Assembly: GCA_963846585.1 (NCBI GenBank)
Contig: CAWJWO010000002.1
Coordinates: 263,592 to 327,591 of the forward strand
From: an uncultured Bacteroidota bacterium
GTDB taxonomy: Bacteria > Bacteroidota > Bacteroidia > Bacteroidales > JAAUTT01
Length of the DNA stretch: 64,000 bases
Reading direction: 5' to 3'
Positions 47,702 to 58,856 of the stretch are shown in pieces. Both the position numbers and the translations under genes were made by a program. The notes under the pieces were generated by a model. It saw only the letters and a program-made list of their open reading frames with translations. It searched no databases and was not told the origin of the DNA. Within the stretch, counting starts at the first letter, position 1. Every line of letters begins with the position of its first letter.

Positions 47702-49183
47702 TTACACTCCAAATGCATAATATGCAAGTACCCCATTCGGATATACACCTTCAATTAATACACCACCTTTAAATCCGGATAATTCATTTTTTACATCTTC
47801 TGTAGAATAAACAGGGTGATTATTTATTTTAGTGATAATAAAACCTTTTTGAACACCTTCATCCTTTAATTTGCCCTGAGCAAGGTTTAGCACTTTAACC
47901 CCTGACTTAATTCCCAGTTTATGTTTTTCAGCGGAGGACACTTCACCCAATTGAGCTCCTAAAAGGGATAATTCTTCATCATTTGATGTAATAATTTTGG
48001 TATTTCCTTCCATATTACGTAAGATAACTGATATTTGTTTCCTTTTATTATCCTGCATTATTACTAAATCGACTTTATCCTTTGGACGAAAACGGCTTAT
48101 CTGTTCCTGTAATTCAGAAGTGCTGTTTACATTTACATTATTAACTGATAAAATAATATCCCCCTCTTTTATCCCTGCGGCTTCGGCAGCTCCATCCTTA
48201 GCAATTCCGGCAACATAAACTCCCTCAATCTTATCAAGTTTTTTATCGCGCAGCAAATCTTCATCAATATCTTTTATTGAAACTCCCAACAATGCTCTTT
48301 GAACTTTTCCATATTCAATTATATCGGAAGCAACTTTTTTTACAATAGATACAGGTATAGCGAAGGAATTACCAATATAACTACCTGTTGGAGAAGCTAT
48401 AGCTGTATTAATTCCGATAAGTTCCCCTTTAGTGTTTACCAAAGCCCCGCCACTATTGCCAGGGTTAACAGCAGCATCTGTCTGGATAAACGATTCAATT
48501 GCATAATTTCCCCTTTTATCATTTCTATCACTAAGAATATTAAGATTCCTGGCCTTAGCACTTACAATCCCTGCAGTTACCGTTGAAGTAAGATTATATG
48601 GATTACCAACTGCAAGTACCCATTCACCAACTTTAATATCATCTGAATTTCCATAAGTTATATATTGAAGATTGGATTCATCAATTTTTAAAACTGCAAT
48701 ATCGCTATCCGGATCCCTGCCAATGACTTTGGCCGTATAAGTGTGTTTATTATTAAGAGTAACTTCAACCTTATCAGCTTCATCAATAACATGATTGTTT
48801 GTTATAATATATCCATCAGCCGAGATAATAACTCCTGATCCAAAACCAGATACCGGTTGTGGTTTTTCCTGAAAATTCCTTTCGCCAAAGAAAAAATCGT
48901 AAAAAGTACCGCCTGATGTAACATTTTGAACTGAAGTTGTCTTTACATGAACCACTGCATGGACAGTTTTATCTGCAGCATATGTAAAGTCAAGGCAATT
49001 GCCATTAGTACCTGTTGACAGCTGTGTCAAATGAGGGTATTGGGGTTGTTCTGCAGAAATAATAACAGGCTTACGAACAAATTTTGAATAAATAAATACT
49101 GTGATAAGGCATGTAGCCAATATCATCAAAAATAATCCTCCCGGATTCTGGATTTTCCTATTGATAAATAATGAAGTTTTCAT
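47702..49183 (-). CDS. htrA: HtrA/DegP/DegQ-family periplasmic serine protease with two PDZ domains
   Basis: Catalytic triad context TNNHVI, DIAVLKI, GNSGGALVN, followed by two PDZ-like segments. Confidence 0.9.
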   Translation of the reverse strand: MKTSLFINRKIQNPGGLFLMILATCLITVFIYSKFVRKPVIISAEQPQYPHLTQLSTGTNGNCLDFTYAADKTVHAVVHVKTTSVQNVTSGGTFYDFFFGERNFQEKPQPVSGFGSGVIISADGYIITNNHVIDEADKVEVTLNNKHTYTAKVIGRDPDSDIAVLKIDESNLQYITYGNSDDIKVGEWVLAVGNPYNLTSTVTAGIVSAKARNLNILSDRNDKRGNYAIESFIQTDAAVNPGNSGGALVNTKGELIGINTAIASPTGSYIGNSFAIPVSIVKKVASDIIEYGKVQRALLGVSIKDIDEDLLRDKKLDKIEGVYVAGIAKDGAAEAAGIKEGDIILSVNNVNVNSTSELQEQISRFRPKDKVDLVIMQDNKRKQISVILRNMEGNTKIITSNDEELSLLGAQLGEVSSAEKHKLGIKSGVKVLNLAQGKLKDEGVQKGFIITKINNHPVYSTEDVKNELSGFKGGVLIEGVYPNGVLAYYAFGV

Positions 49184-49308
49184 TTTTTCTGATTTAATTA
49201 CAAAATATTACAGGTAAACTACAAAATAACTGCCATATTTTTGTATTTAATGATTAATTAACAATATTTAACAGGGAGATACTATTATGAAGCTTTAGAT
49301 TGATATAC

Positions 49309-49416
49309 GTTTATAAGATTTATAAGGTTTATAAGGTTTATAAATTTATGTGTTTATTTGTTTAGTGTTTATATTAAATTCCATAAACTTTATAAACTCT
49401 ATAAACTTCATAAACC
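49309..49416. repeat. Inverted GTTTATAAG / ATAAACT arrays (gyrB-htrA spacer)
   Basis: 49309-49373 gtttataagatttataaggtttataaggtttataaatttatgtgtttatttgtttagtgtttata. 49381-49416 ccataaactttataaactctataaacttcataaacc. Confidence 0.85.
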
Positions 49417-49473
49417 AACTATTCATTTGTAATAGTAATTTTATTTACAAATTTTGTCCATCTGCAAATCGTT

Positions 49474-51513
<2,040 letters not shown>

Positions 51514-51589
51514 TTAAAGCAACGTAAAGATAACAAAATACCCTGTTAATACGACTTATTTTACAGTCATATTGTTGTTAAATTATTAA

Positions 51590-52705
51590 CTATTTTACTT
51601 CCCAAAAACCTGACTCATTCCTTCGTATTTTATCTGCGGTTAAAATCCTGGGATTATTATAAAGCTGTGTTAATTTTTCATTATTGTTGCCAAAATGGTT
51701 AATAAAATATCCCCAAACCATAAACCATGTCCAGTTGGTTTGCATTTTTAAAACAGTATCTGATGGGAACTGCCCTATTTCACCTAATCCGACAGGCTTA
51801 TTTTTGCCAAGGCTGACCAAATCGTCCTGATGGCTTTGTTTATAATCAGCACGGTAAACATCAGCTGCAAGAACATCTACCCATTCATTCCCGGGATAAA
51901 AAAGAGAGTAATCATATGCTTCATCTCCGGCTATCTGACGGGGAGCATTGGCATCCCATACCCATATCAGATTATTGAGCTTATTTTGTTTTGTAAAATA
52001 TTTATACATCATAATCCACAGGCGTTTAAAACCCTTGTCACCTTTATGGTTACACCACCAAAACCAGACCCCATTCATTTCATGGTAAGGTCTCCAAAGC
52101 ACAGGAACCTTGGCATCACGGAGCTGTAGCAGGTAGCCGGCAATCATATCTGCCTGCTTTTTCCAAGCCAAATTAAGTCTTGTACCTTCAGTAACCAATG
52201 AATCGAAGGTTGCCTTATCAGGACGGTTTTCCATAGCCCAAACCGATGAACCGTTGCAGGAATCGCCTTCAGTCGGAAAACAATGGTGCCACATTAACGT
52301 TACAATTTTCCCGGACCGGTATTGTTTTATTGCTTCTTTAACCATGGCATCACGCAATTTCAAAGGGCTTATTCCATTAAATTGTATTGTAAGCATCGGG
52401 TCATTTAGGTTAAGCGGGCCACAATGATGATAATTCTTTGCAGTTTCTCCCTCAACGTTAAAACTGAAATCGCAACCCCAGACAGCAGGTTCCTTTGAAG
52501 TTATTTTCTTAACCGAATCGCTGTATGCAGTAGGACTGGCTATAAAATTATGCTGACCGGCAAGTATGTACTTTCCTCTGATTTGAGTAAGAAATTTTAA
52601 AAGGTTCTTTGCCTCTTGGGATTTTTCAACTTTTTTGCATTCGTTGACTTTGCAACTTCCGATAATTAAAGCTAACCCAAGTATTACAAGTGATATACTT
52701 TTCAT
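51590..52705 (-). CDS. Glycoside hydrolase family 26-like (beta-mannanase-like) lipoprotein
   Basis: Lipobox IIGSCK. VLWRPYHEMNGVWFWW resembles the GH26 catalytic-acid block RPxHEMNGxWFWWG. Confidence 0.7.
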   Translation of the reverse strand: MKSISLVILGLALIIGSCKVNECKKVEKSQEAKNLLKFLTQIRGKYILAGQHNFIASPTAYSDSVKKITSKEPAVWGCDFSFNVEGETAKNYHHCGPLNLNDPMLTIQFNGISPLKLRDAMVKEAIKQYRSGKIVTLMWHHCFPTEGDSCNGSSVWAMENRPDKATFDSLVTEGTRLNLAWKKQADMIAGYLLQLRDAKVPVLWRPYHEMNGVWFWWCNHKGDKGFKRLWIMMYKYFTKQNKLNNLIWVWDANAPRQIAGDEAYDYSLFYPGNEWVDVLAADVYRADYKQSHQDDLVSLGKNKPVGLGEIGQFPSDTVLKMQTNWTWFMVWGYFINHFGNNNEKLTQLYNNPRILTADKIRRNESGFWEVK

Positions 52706-53000
52706 TGTGTTCTTTATCTATTGTTTGTATGAGTCTTAATAAACCTCTACAATTTAAATAAATAAACCTGAAATTGCAAACTTTGCTAAAGTCTTTACAT
52801 TATTATCAATGATTTCTATGTTCCTTGAAGAAGTCAAATTTTTAATAATAATATCCCGATTAATACTAATTAATCTAACGTATTTTGAAAATTTCAGCAA
52901 TTTTATCAGTTCCTTTAAATAACATAAATATTATCAGGACAATAATACCCCAAAGGGGTATTAGCAACGCCCAGTGATATGAATTAATATATAAATTTAT

Positions 53001-53600
53001 GCCCTGAAAGGGCCTAAGAAACAGCACAGGGCAACGCCCTGTGAAATATTGTGAATACAATGCCACAATCATTATCAAAAGTCTATGTACATATTATATT
53101 TAGTACAAAGAACAGGCAAAATCTTATTGATGACAACATTGAAAATTCATTGCATGATTATTTGGGAGGTATTTGCAAAGGATTAGAGTGTAATCCTGTC
53201 AAAATTGGTGGACATAAAGAACATGTACATATACTATGTCTTTTATCTCGTAAAGTGGCTCAAATGAATTTGGTTGAAGAACTAAAAAAACAATCTTCCA
53301 AATGGATCAAAACGAAAGATAACGTATATTCAAATTTTTACTGGCAGGATGGATATGGTATTTTTTCAATTAATCCTAATCAAACGGATATAGTTATTGA
53401 ATATATTGAGAAGCAACATGAACATCATAAAAATAATAGTTTCCAGGTAGAATTCCGTGATTTTCTAAATAAATATAATGTCGGATATGATGAACGTTAT
53501 GTTTGGAATTAGGCTGATTCCCCTTCAGGGCTTAAAATTCTGATTTGCCAATTTGTTCACAGGGCGTTGCCCTGTGCTATTGATTATGCCCTTTCAGGGC
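53001..53600 (+). mobile_element. RAYT gene with flanking REP-like GC-rich hairpins in inverted orientation
   Basis: The left hairpins gccctgaaagggc (53001-53013) and agcacagggcaacgccctgtgaa (53023-53045) recur as exact reverse complements on the right: ttcacagggcgttgccctgtgct (53556-53578) and gccctttcagggc (53588-53600). An extra hairpin, taccccaaaggggta, lies at 52946-52960. Confidence 0.7.
53060..53512 (+). CDS. REP-associated tyrosine transposase (RAYT) / IS200-like Y1 transposase
   Basis: VYVHIIFSTKNRQNLI, GGHKEHVHILC (HUH motif), and FYWQDGYGIFSI with the catalytic Tyr region. The track ORF starts at the GTG at 53051. Confidence 0.85.
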   Translation: MPQSLSKVYVHIIFSTKNRQNLIDDNIENSLHDYLGGICKGLECNPVKIGGHKEHVHILCLLSRKVAQMNLVEELKKQSSKWIKTKDNVYSNFYWQDGYGIFSINPNQTDIVIEYIEKQHEHHKNNSFQVEFRDFLNKYNVGYDERYVWN

Positions 53601-53630
53601 AAATGCGAATTGCCACTAACAACTAGCAAT

Positions 53631-55316
53631 TTACAAAGAATAACTCAGCCCTGCCATCAAATTAAATCTCTGTGAAGGATACTGGTTCCAGACATAATAC
53701 TTTGATGCTGTGAAATTATTCAAATGCAGCCAAAAAGATAAAATTTTGGTATACCTGTATTCTGCGCCAAGATTAAAATCAAGTACTGAGGGCATAACTT
53801 TATAATTCCCATCAGGAATATACGGAAAATCTCTGGAGTAAATTTTGGCATATCGCTTTCCAAGTTCCAAAATATCAAAGTTTACAAGTATTTTATTACC
53901 AAGGTTATATTTTGCCGAGAATGTAGCATCTGATTTTGGTTTTTGCCAGGCATATTGCTGTTGAAACATTTGGTACTGATATATATTGATTTTAGCAGCA
54001 AACGACAATTCTGTTGAAAAATCGTAACTGGCATCAAGCGTTAATGTTAACTGGTTTGCATTATCATATACTACATTGAAATGGTTTTGCAAAACAGTAG
54101 CAGCGTCATTTACATAAAAGTATTGATTTGTGAATTGAGAATAATCAAATTTTAAATTATAGGAAACCTTTGAAACTAAACTGCCTTTAATTCCACCGTA
54201 TAATGATAACCGGTCGTTAGAGTTTTTTACTAGCAAATCGGGTAGTATAAAGGGATTTTCCGTTGCAATATTCTGATAACTATGATTAATGTCTTTACCA
54301 TAAATGCCAATGAAAGGCAGTAATATATTTTTAACTACAACAAACTGGAAATCTGCCATCGGATAAAGTCTTAGGGAAACTGTATTCATTTGATCTTCAA
54401 AAGTAATATTTAATCCCAGTTTAAGGCGGTATTCTTCATTTGAGAAACAGACCGAAGGATATATCACTAACAATGAATTTACAGCACCTGTAGAATCAAG
54501 TGTTTTGTCCCGGTGCAACTGGTCAAAACTTAAATCAAGATCAAACAATTTATTTGCATATAGTTGGGAAAACTTAGCATTCAGGTTTAAATCATTTTCT
54601 ACATGGTTAAACCTGTCCTGAAAATAATCATACTTAATATCTCCATGATAATTCAATCTTGATGAGTCGGAGTGAAATGATTGAATACCGGCTTTTATAT
54701 CAGCCAAAAAGTAATTTTGACGAATATTGCCTTTCTGTAAAATAGTATCAATTTGAGGATTGGAACCATAATCATACACAGTATTGCTTCGAACACCGCC
54801 TTCTGCAAATATACAGGACTCACCGATAAATTTTTTACCAAATACTGTTGCAGAAGCATTGGAATATCCGGCAAATACACTTTGATTATTATCCAAAGTA
54901 ATAGCACCCGATGAAGATTGGTAATCCAATTTAGCACCAGCACTATATTTCCTGGAGCGTAAAGTATTCAAATACAGTTCAGCCATGGGAGTTTGATAAT
55001 TCCCCAGTCCCAATATCAAATATCCGTTGTAAAGCTTCGATAAAGGCATATTGAGCATTTTGGCTGCATTAATTTGTGAAACCTCATACTCGGTATTAAT
55101 CATCACAGGCACAACGTTATATTGAAAAGATGGCTTAACGGTAGTTGAATCATTAATTATTGGGAGAACATTTAATTTTTTGGCATCTGCAACTGAAGGC
55201 TGGTATGGTTGCACAACTTCAACTTCCTTCTTTATTGTTGCCTGGCTAAATACCTCTCCAATACTTATAATACTGAAAATAACGATTAATACTATATTAA
55301 TTGTTTGTTTTGTCAT
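53631..55316 (-). CDS. Putative outer-membrane beta-barrel protein (hypothetical)
   Basis: 561-aa ORF with signal peptide (VIFSIISIGEVFSQA). Alternating-hydrophobic strands throughout and a C-terminal LMAGLSYSL beta-signal-like end. No family recognised. Confidence 0.5.
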   Translation of the reverse strand: MTKQTINIVLIVIFSIISIGEVFSQATIKKEVEVVQPYQPSVADAKKLNVLPIINDSTTVKPSFQYNVVPVMINTEYEVSQINAAKMLNMPLSKLYNGYLILGLGNYQTPMAELYLNTLRSRKYSAGAKLDYQSSSGAITLDNNQSVFAGYSNASATVFGKKFIGESCIFAEGGVRSNTVYDYGSNPQIDTILQKGNIRQNYFLADIKAGIQSFHSDSSRLNYHGDIKYDYFQDRFNHVENDLNLNAKFSQLYANKLFDLDLSFDQLHRDKTLDSTGAVNSLLVIYPSVCFSNEEYRLKLGLNITFEDQMNTVSLRLYPMADFQFVVVKNILLPFIGIYGKDINHSYQNIATENPFILPDLLVKNSNDRLSLYGGIKGSLVSKVSYNLKFDYSQFTNQYFYVNDAATVLQNHFNVVYDNANQLTLTLDASYDFSTELSFAAKINIYQYQMFQQQYAWQKPKSDATFSAKYNLGNKILVNFDILELGKRYAKIYSRDFPYIPDGNYKVMPSVLDFNLGAEYRYTKILSFWLHLNNFTASKYYVWNQYPSQRFNLMAGLSYSL

Positions 55317-55344
55317 AATATCCTATTTTACTGTATTTTAATTA

Positions 55345-55520
55345 GAACCATGAACCAATAATTAGTGCTTAGTGCCCAGTGCTTAGTGCTTAGTAAATAA
55401 AGTATAAACATTGGAAATAATAATACTCTTTTTTAGCCCTGTATTCCAATATCATTTATCCTCATGTAAATATCATAATATTCAACTTCTAAGCACTAAG
55501 CTCTATGCACTATGCACTAT
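55345..55520. repeat. Inverted TAGTGCW / CTAAGCA arrays bracketing a 94-nt loop (TPR gene to beta-barrel gene spacer)
   Basis: 55362-55394 ttagtgcttagtgcccagtgcttagtgcttagt. 55489-55520 ctaagcactaagctctatgcactatgcactat. The arms are 27/32 complementary. gaaccatgaaccaa lies at 55345-55358. Confidence 0.85.
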
Positions 55521-58500
55521 TTCTTCACGTCCACTTCAATATCCTGTTGTTTTTCCTTTACCTGCGAACCTGTATATTGTGAAACAAGCTTGTCATGTTT
55601 TACTTTTGCTTCGGTTTTAATCCCGTCATTATTATTTTCGTAGTAATCAAGAATGCTTTGCAGCGTATTTACTGCCTGAAATTCATCGTTACGGTCAACA
55701 TAAATATCGCTGAGCAAAATAAAACTCTTGCCAAGCCAATATTGATAAGGAGTATTTTTATCAATGAAATTCATAATTTCTTTTTGGGCGTCGTCCTTTT
55801 TATTTTCATCGTAATACAATTTTGCCAACAGGTATTTGCATTCTGAACCTTCTTTACTTTTCAAATCTTTGGCAACCAACTTCAGTTCCTCTGCAGCTGA
55901 TGTCGTATTGTTGTTTTCAAGATACGATTTTGCCATAATGTAATGAGCTTCCCTGTAAATTTCCCCGGGTAGGTTTTCATAAAGAAGCAGTGCTTTTGCA
56001 CTTACAATTGCATTATCGGAATTTGAAAGCTTAAAATTACAACGCATCTGTCCCAGTCTGGCTTCCATCACATTGCTCTTTATTTCAGCTTCAGTTTCCA
56101 AGCGTTTATATAGTTCCAATGCTTTGGCAAAATTTTCCTTTTCGAAATAAATACCTGCTGCAACAAATAATGATTGCTCGGTAAATATATTACGCGAGGC
56201 TGAAATAACATATTCATACCCCTTTAAGGCCTCATCCTGTTTATGATTTTTATTGTTGCAATCGGCTATGTAGAAATTGGCATTCAGAATAAAATTTCCA
56301 TTTTTGTATTTTTCAAGGTATTTTGAAAATTGTTGTATTGATTTTTCACAGTCTCCACTCATATAAATATTTTCAGCTGAAGAATATGTCAAGGAATCCT
56401 GTTCGGAGAGCCTTAAGTTTGAACTTTGTCCTTTACTTTCAAGGTAAGCAAAATAAGTATCAATATCATTTTTATCAACATAAACAGATTTTAATCCAAT
56501 ATATGCATCATGCGATTCAGGTGTACCCGGGAACTGATCAATTACTTTTTTATAGGCAGCAATAGCTTCTGATTGTTTATCCTGATTAAAATAAATAAGG
56601 CCTAATTGAAGATAAGCTTTTGCAACATAACTGCTTATTGAAAACTCATTGATAATTCTATAAAAAGTCCTTATAGCCTGATCATTCAAATTAAGGGTCA
56701 CATATGCCCTGCCAAGTTCAAATAATGCGTGGTCAACATATAAAGATTTCGGATAATCCTTCATCAACTCATTCAGAAAATTTACCTTTTTTTCCGGCCT
56801 GTTTACTAAACCAAGTGAAAATGCTTTTTGAAAGAGAGAATAATCGGAATCAGCTGCTTTTAAGTTTATTGCTTTTTCATAATTTTCAATCGCAACCCAA
56901 TATGATTGTTTCATGAAATAGCAATCTCCTATACGGTTATATGCATCAGCAATTGTTTTTCCTTTTGTATTTTTCTGCAGGTCAGTATAGCGCCGGAACC
57001 AGTCGAGTGCTTCGTCAAACTTATTAAGATTAAACCAGGAATAAGCAATATTATAGTCAACAAAATTGTATTCGTTAAGATTTGCCGCCAGTGGATAAGT
57101 AATAAAGCGGTTATACGTTTCTATTGCCTCTGAATAATTATGTAGCCTGTAATTTGCCTCTCCTTTCCAATAATATGAACGTGCTGCAATTTCTTTATCA
57201 AACTCTTCATATTCAAGAGATTTATCGAATAACAAAATTGATGTATCAAATTTCTGATTATTAATAAGCTCTAACCCTCTGAAAAAAGCAATATGCTGAT
57301 AAGCTTTTCTTACGCTATTGTCCTTTATTTTAATTTTTTGAAGCGATTCAAGTGCTGCACGGTAGTTTTTTGTTGTCATATAAGCCATCATCAGATAGTT
57401 ATATGCCATATCGCTTCTATTTGAGTGAGGATAAAGCTTAAGATACTCGTTAAATGCTTTTACAGCTTCATTAAATGGCGATAACGATAATTCGTAAGTC
57501 GAAACTGCATAATAATATAATGCATTTTCCTTAATATCAGGGTCAAAATCCATTGAAGATGCCGAAGAAAATGCAAGGCGTGCTTTTTGTATGTCGCTGT
57601 TATGTATGTAACAATCAGCTAAATGATACAATGCATTCTGGCTTAGGGCTGTATTTACCAATGTTATTGGTTCAAAATTCCTGATCGCATTGTCATAATC
57701 ATCAGCTTTATAATAGGCAAAAGCAAGTTGATACCGATCTTCAGGGGTCATTGATTTCGCCTTTTCAGCAAATTTTTCCAGGTATGGGAGTGATTCCTTA
57801 AATTTGCCGAGACGATAGTACGATTCTCCGATTATCCTCGACATTTCTGCTACCCTTTTTTCGACCACAGAATCGAGTAAGGGTGGTGCATACTCTACAA
57901 CTTTATCATACTTTTTTTGCAGGAAATAAATTTGTGCAATATAATACGGTACAATTGATGCAAATGTCTCATCATCACGAAGCCTTAGAAATCCTTCAAG
58001 GGCAGTTTCGTAATTTTTTTGTTCATACGCTATATGTGAATAATAATATAAGGCTGCAGAAGTATATTTTGTATCAATATCCTTAATTTCATAAAAGTTT
58101 AACCTGGCTTTTTCGAAATTTTTATCCATAAAATAACAATAACCTGATTCGAAATGATATTCTGCCAGTTGATCACTATTAAGTTTATGTACATCCACTT
58201 TTTCGAACCATTCAGCAGCTCTTTTAAATTTTTTGTTGTTATACTCGTAGTGTGCCAAATTAAAATAAGCATCATTCACTTTACAATTTGCAGGATTTGA
58301 AGAGATAAAACTGGTAATCCGTTTCACTGCATCAGGATTAAAAAGTTCCATTGCACATAACGAGGCATAATATTCTGCCGTGGCTTTAGTTTCGGAATTA
58401 ACCAACGCTTCCTTTTTAATGACAACATCAAAATAATGCTGAGCAGCCACATATTTTTGTTTTTCAAACAATTCCAAACCTTCCTTCAAATTCTGGTCAG

Positions 58501-58591
58501 GTAACGAATAAAATAAGCTTTTTTGAGCATATATGCCTGTAACCAAAAAATTAAACAGGATCAATATTAGAAAAATTCTATTTACTATCAT
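55517..58591 (-). CDS. Large secreted tetratricopeptide-repeat protein
   Basis: 1024-aa ORF with signal peptide (LILFNFLVTGIYAQ). More than 15 TPR-like A..Y..A...Y repeats along the whole length. The stop codon is the first unit of a TAGTGC array. Confidence 0.8.
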   Translation of the reverse strand: MIVNRIFLILILFNFLVTGIYAQKSLFYSLPDQNLKEGLELFEKQKYVAAQHYFDVVIKKEALVNSETKATAEYYASLCAMELFNPDAVKRITSFISSNPANCKVNDAYFNLAHYEYNNKKFKRAAEWFEKVDVHKLNSDQLAEYHFESGYCYFMDKNFEKARLNFYEIKDIDTKYTSAALYYYSHIAYEQKNYETALEGFLRLRDDETFASIVPYYIAQIYFLQKKYDKVVEYAPPLLDSVVEKRVAEMSRIIGESYYRLGKFKESLPYLEKFAEKAKSMTPEDRYQLAFAYYKADDYDNAIRNFEPITLVNTALSQNALYHLADCYIHNSDIQKARLAFSSASSMDFDPDIKENALYYYAVSTYELSLSPFNEAVKAFNEYLKLYPHSNRSDMAYNYLMMAYMTTKNYRAALESLQKIKIKDNSVRKAYQHIAFFRGLELINNQKFDTSILLFDKSLEYEEFDKEIAARSYYWKGEANYRLHNYSEAIETYNRFITYPLAANLNEYNFVDYNIAYSWFNLNKFDEALDWFRRYTDLQKNTKGKTIADAYNRIGDCYFMKQSYWVAIENYEKAINLKAADSDYSLFQKAFSLGLVNRPEKKVNFLNELMKDYPKSLYVDHALFELGRAYVTLNLNDQAIRTFYRIINEFSISSYVAKAYLQLGLIYFNQDKQSEAIAAYKKVIDQFPGTPESHDAYIGLKSVYVDKNDIDTYFAYLESKGQSSNLRLSEQDSLTYSSAENIYMSGDCEKSIQQFSKYLEKYKNGNFILNANFYIADCNNKNHKQDEALKGYEYVISASRNIFTEQSLFVAAGIYFEKENFAKALELYKRLETEAEIKSNVMEARLGQMRCNFKLSNSDNAIVSAKALLLYENLPGEIYREAHYIMAKSYLENNNTTSAAEELKLVAKDLKSKEGSECKYLLAKLYYDENKKDDAQKEIMNFIDKNTPYQYWLGKSFILLSDIYVDRNDEFQAVNTLQSILDYYENNNDGIKTEAKVKHDKLVSQYTGSQVKEKQQDIEVDVKK

Positions 58592-58619
58592 AATAAGTAA
58601 TTAAAGTAGAACCTCAAGA

Positions 58620-58669
58620 TTAGTTGTTAGTTACTAGTTGTCAGTTGTTAGATGTCAGTTGTTGGTTAC
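58620..58669 (+). repeat. (TTAGTTG)-type array, about 7 degenerate units
   Basis: ttagttgttagttactagttgtcagttgttagatgtcagttgttggttac, 29 nt from the minus-strand start at 58591. Confidence 0.85.
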
Positions 58670-58856
58670 TTTTTGTAAAAATAAAGATTAATTAAACAAC
58701 GTAAGAAAAGCTTTATTCATTTATATTAACATAAAATTGTTAACTATATTATCTAAACTTTTGTTAAAGATCATTATATTAATCAAAACTCTTGTTAAAC
58801 TTGTATATTAATAGCCAGATATTTTGATATTATTTGAATATTTATTTTAGTATTAA

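Noticed and set aside
52875-53078. 67-aa minus-strand ORF upstream of the RAYT gene
   Set aside because: It spans the three REP-like hairpins flanking the RAYT and overlaps its start. The open frame is most likely a consequence of GC-rich palindromes.
53602-53611. 10-mer aatgcgaatt shared between the RAYT right flank and the outer inverted repeat of the GIY-YIG cassette (18668-18677, 19507-19516)
   Set aside because: A single shared 10-mer in about 128 kb of two-strand AT-rich sequence is within chance expectation. No extended similarity surrounds it.
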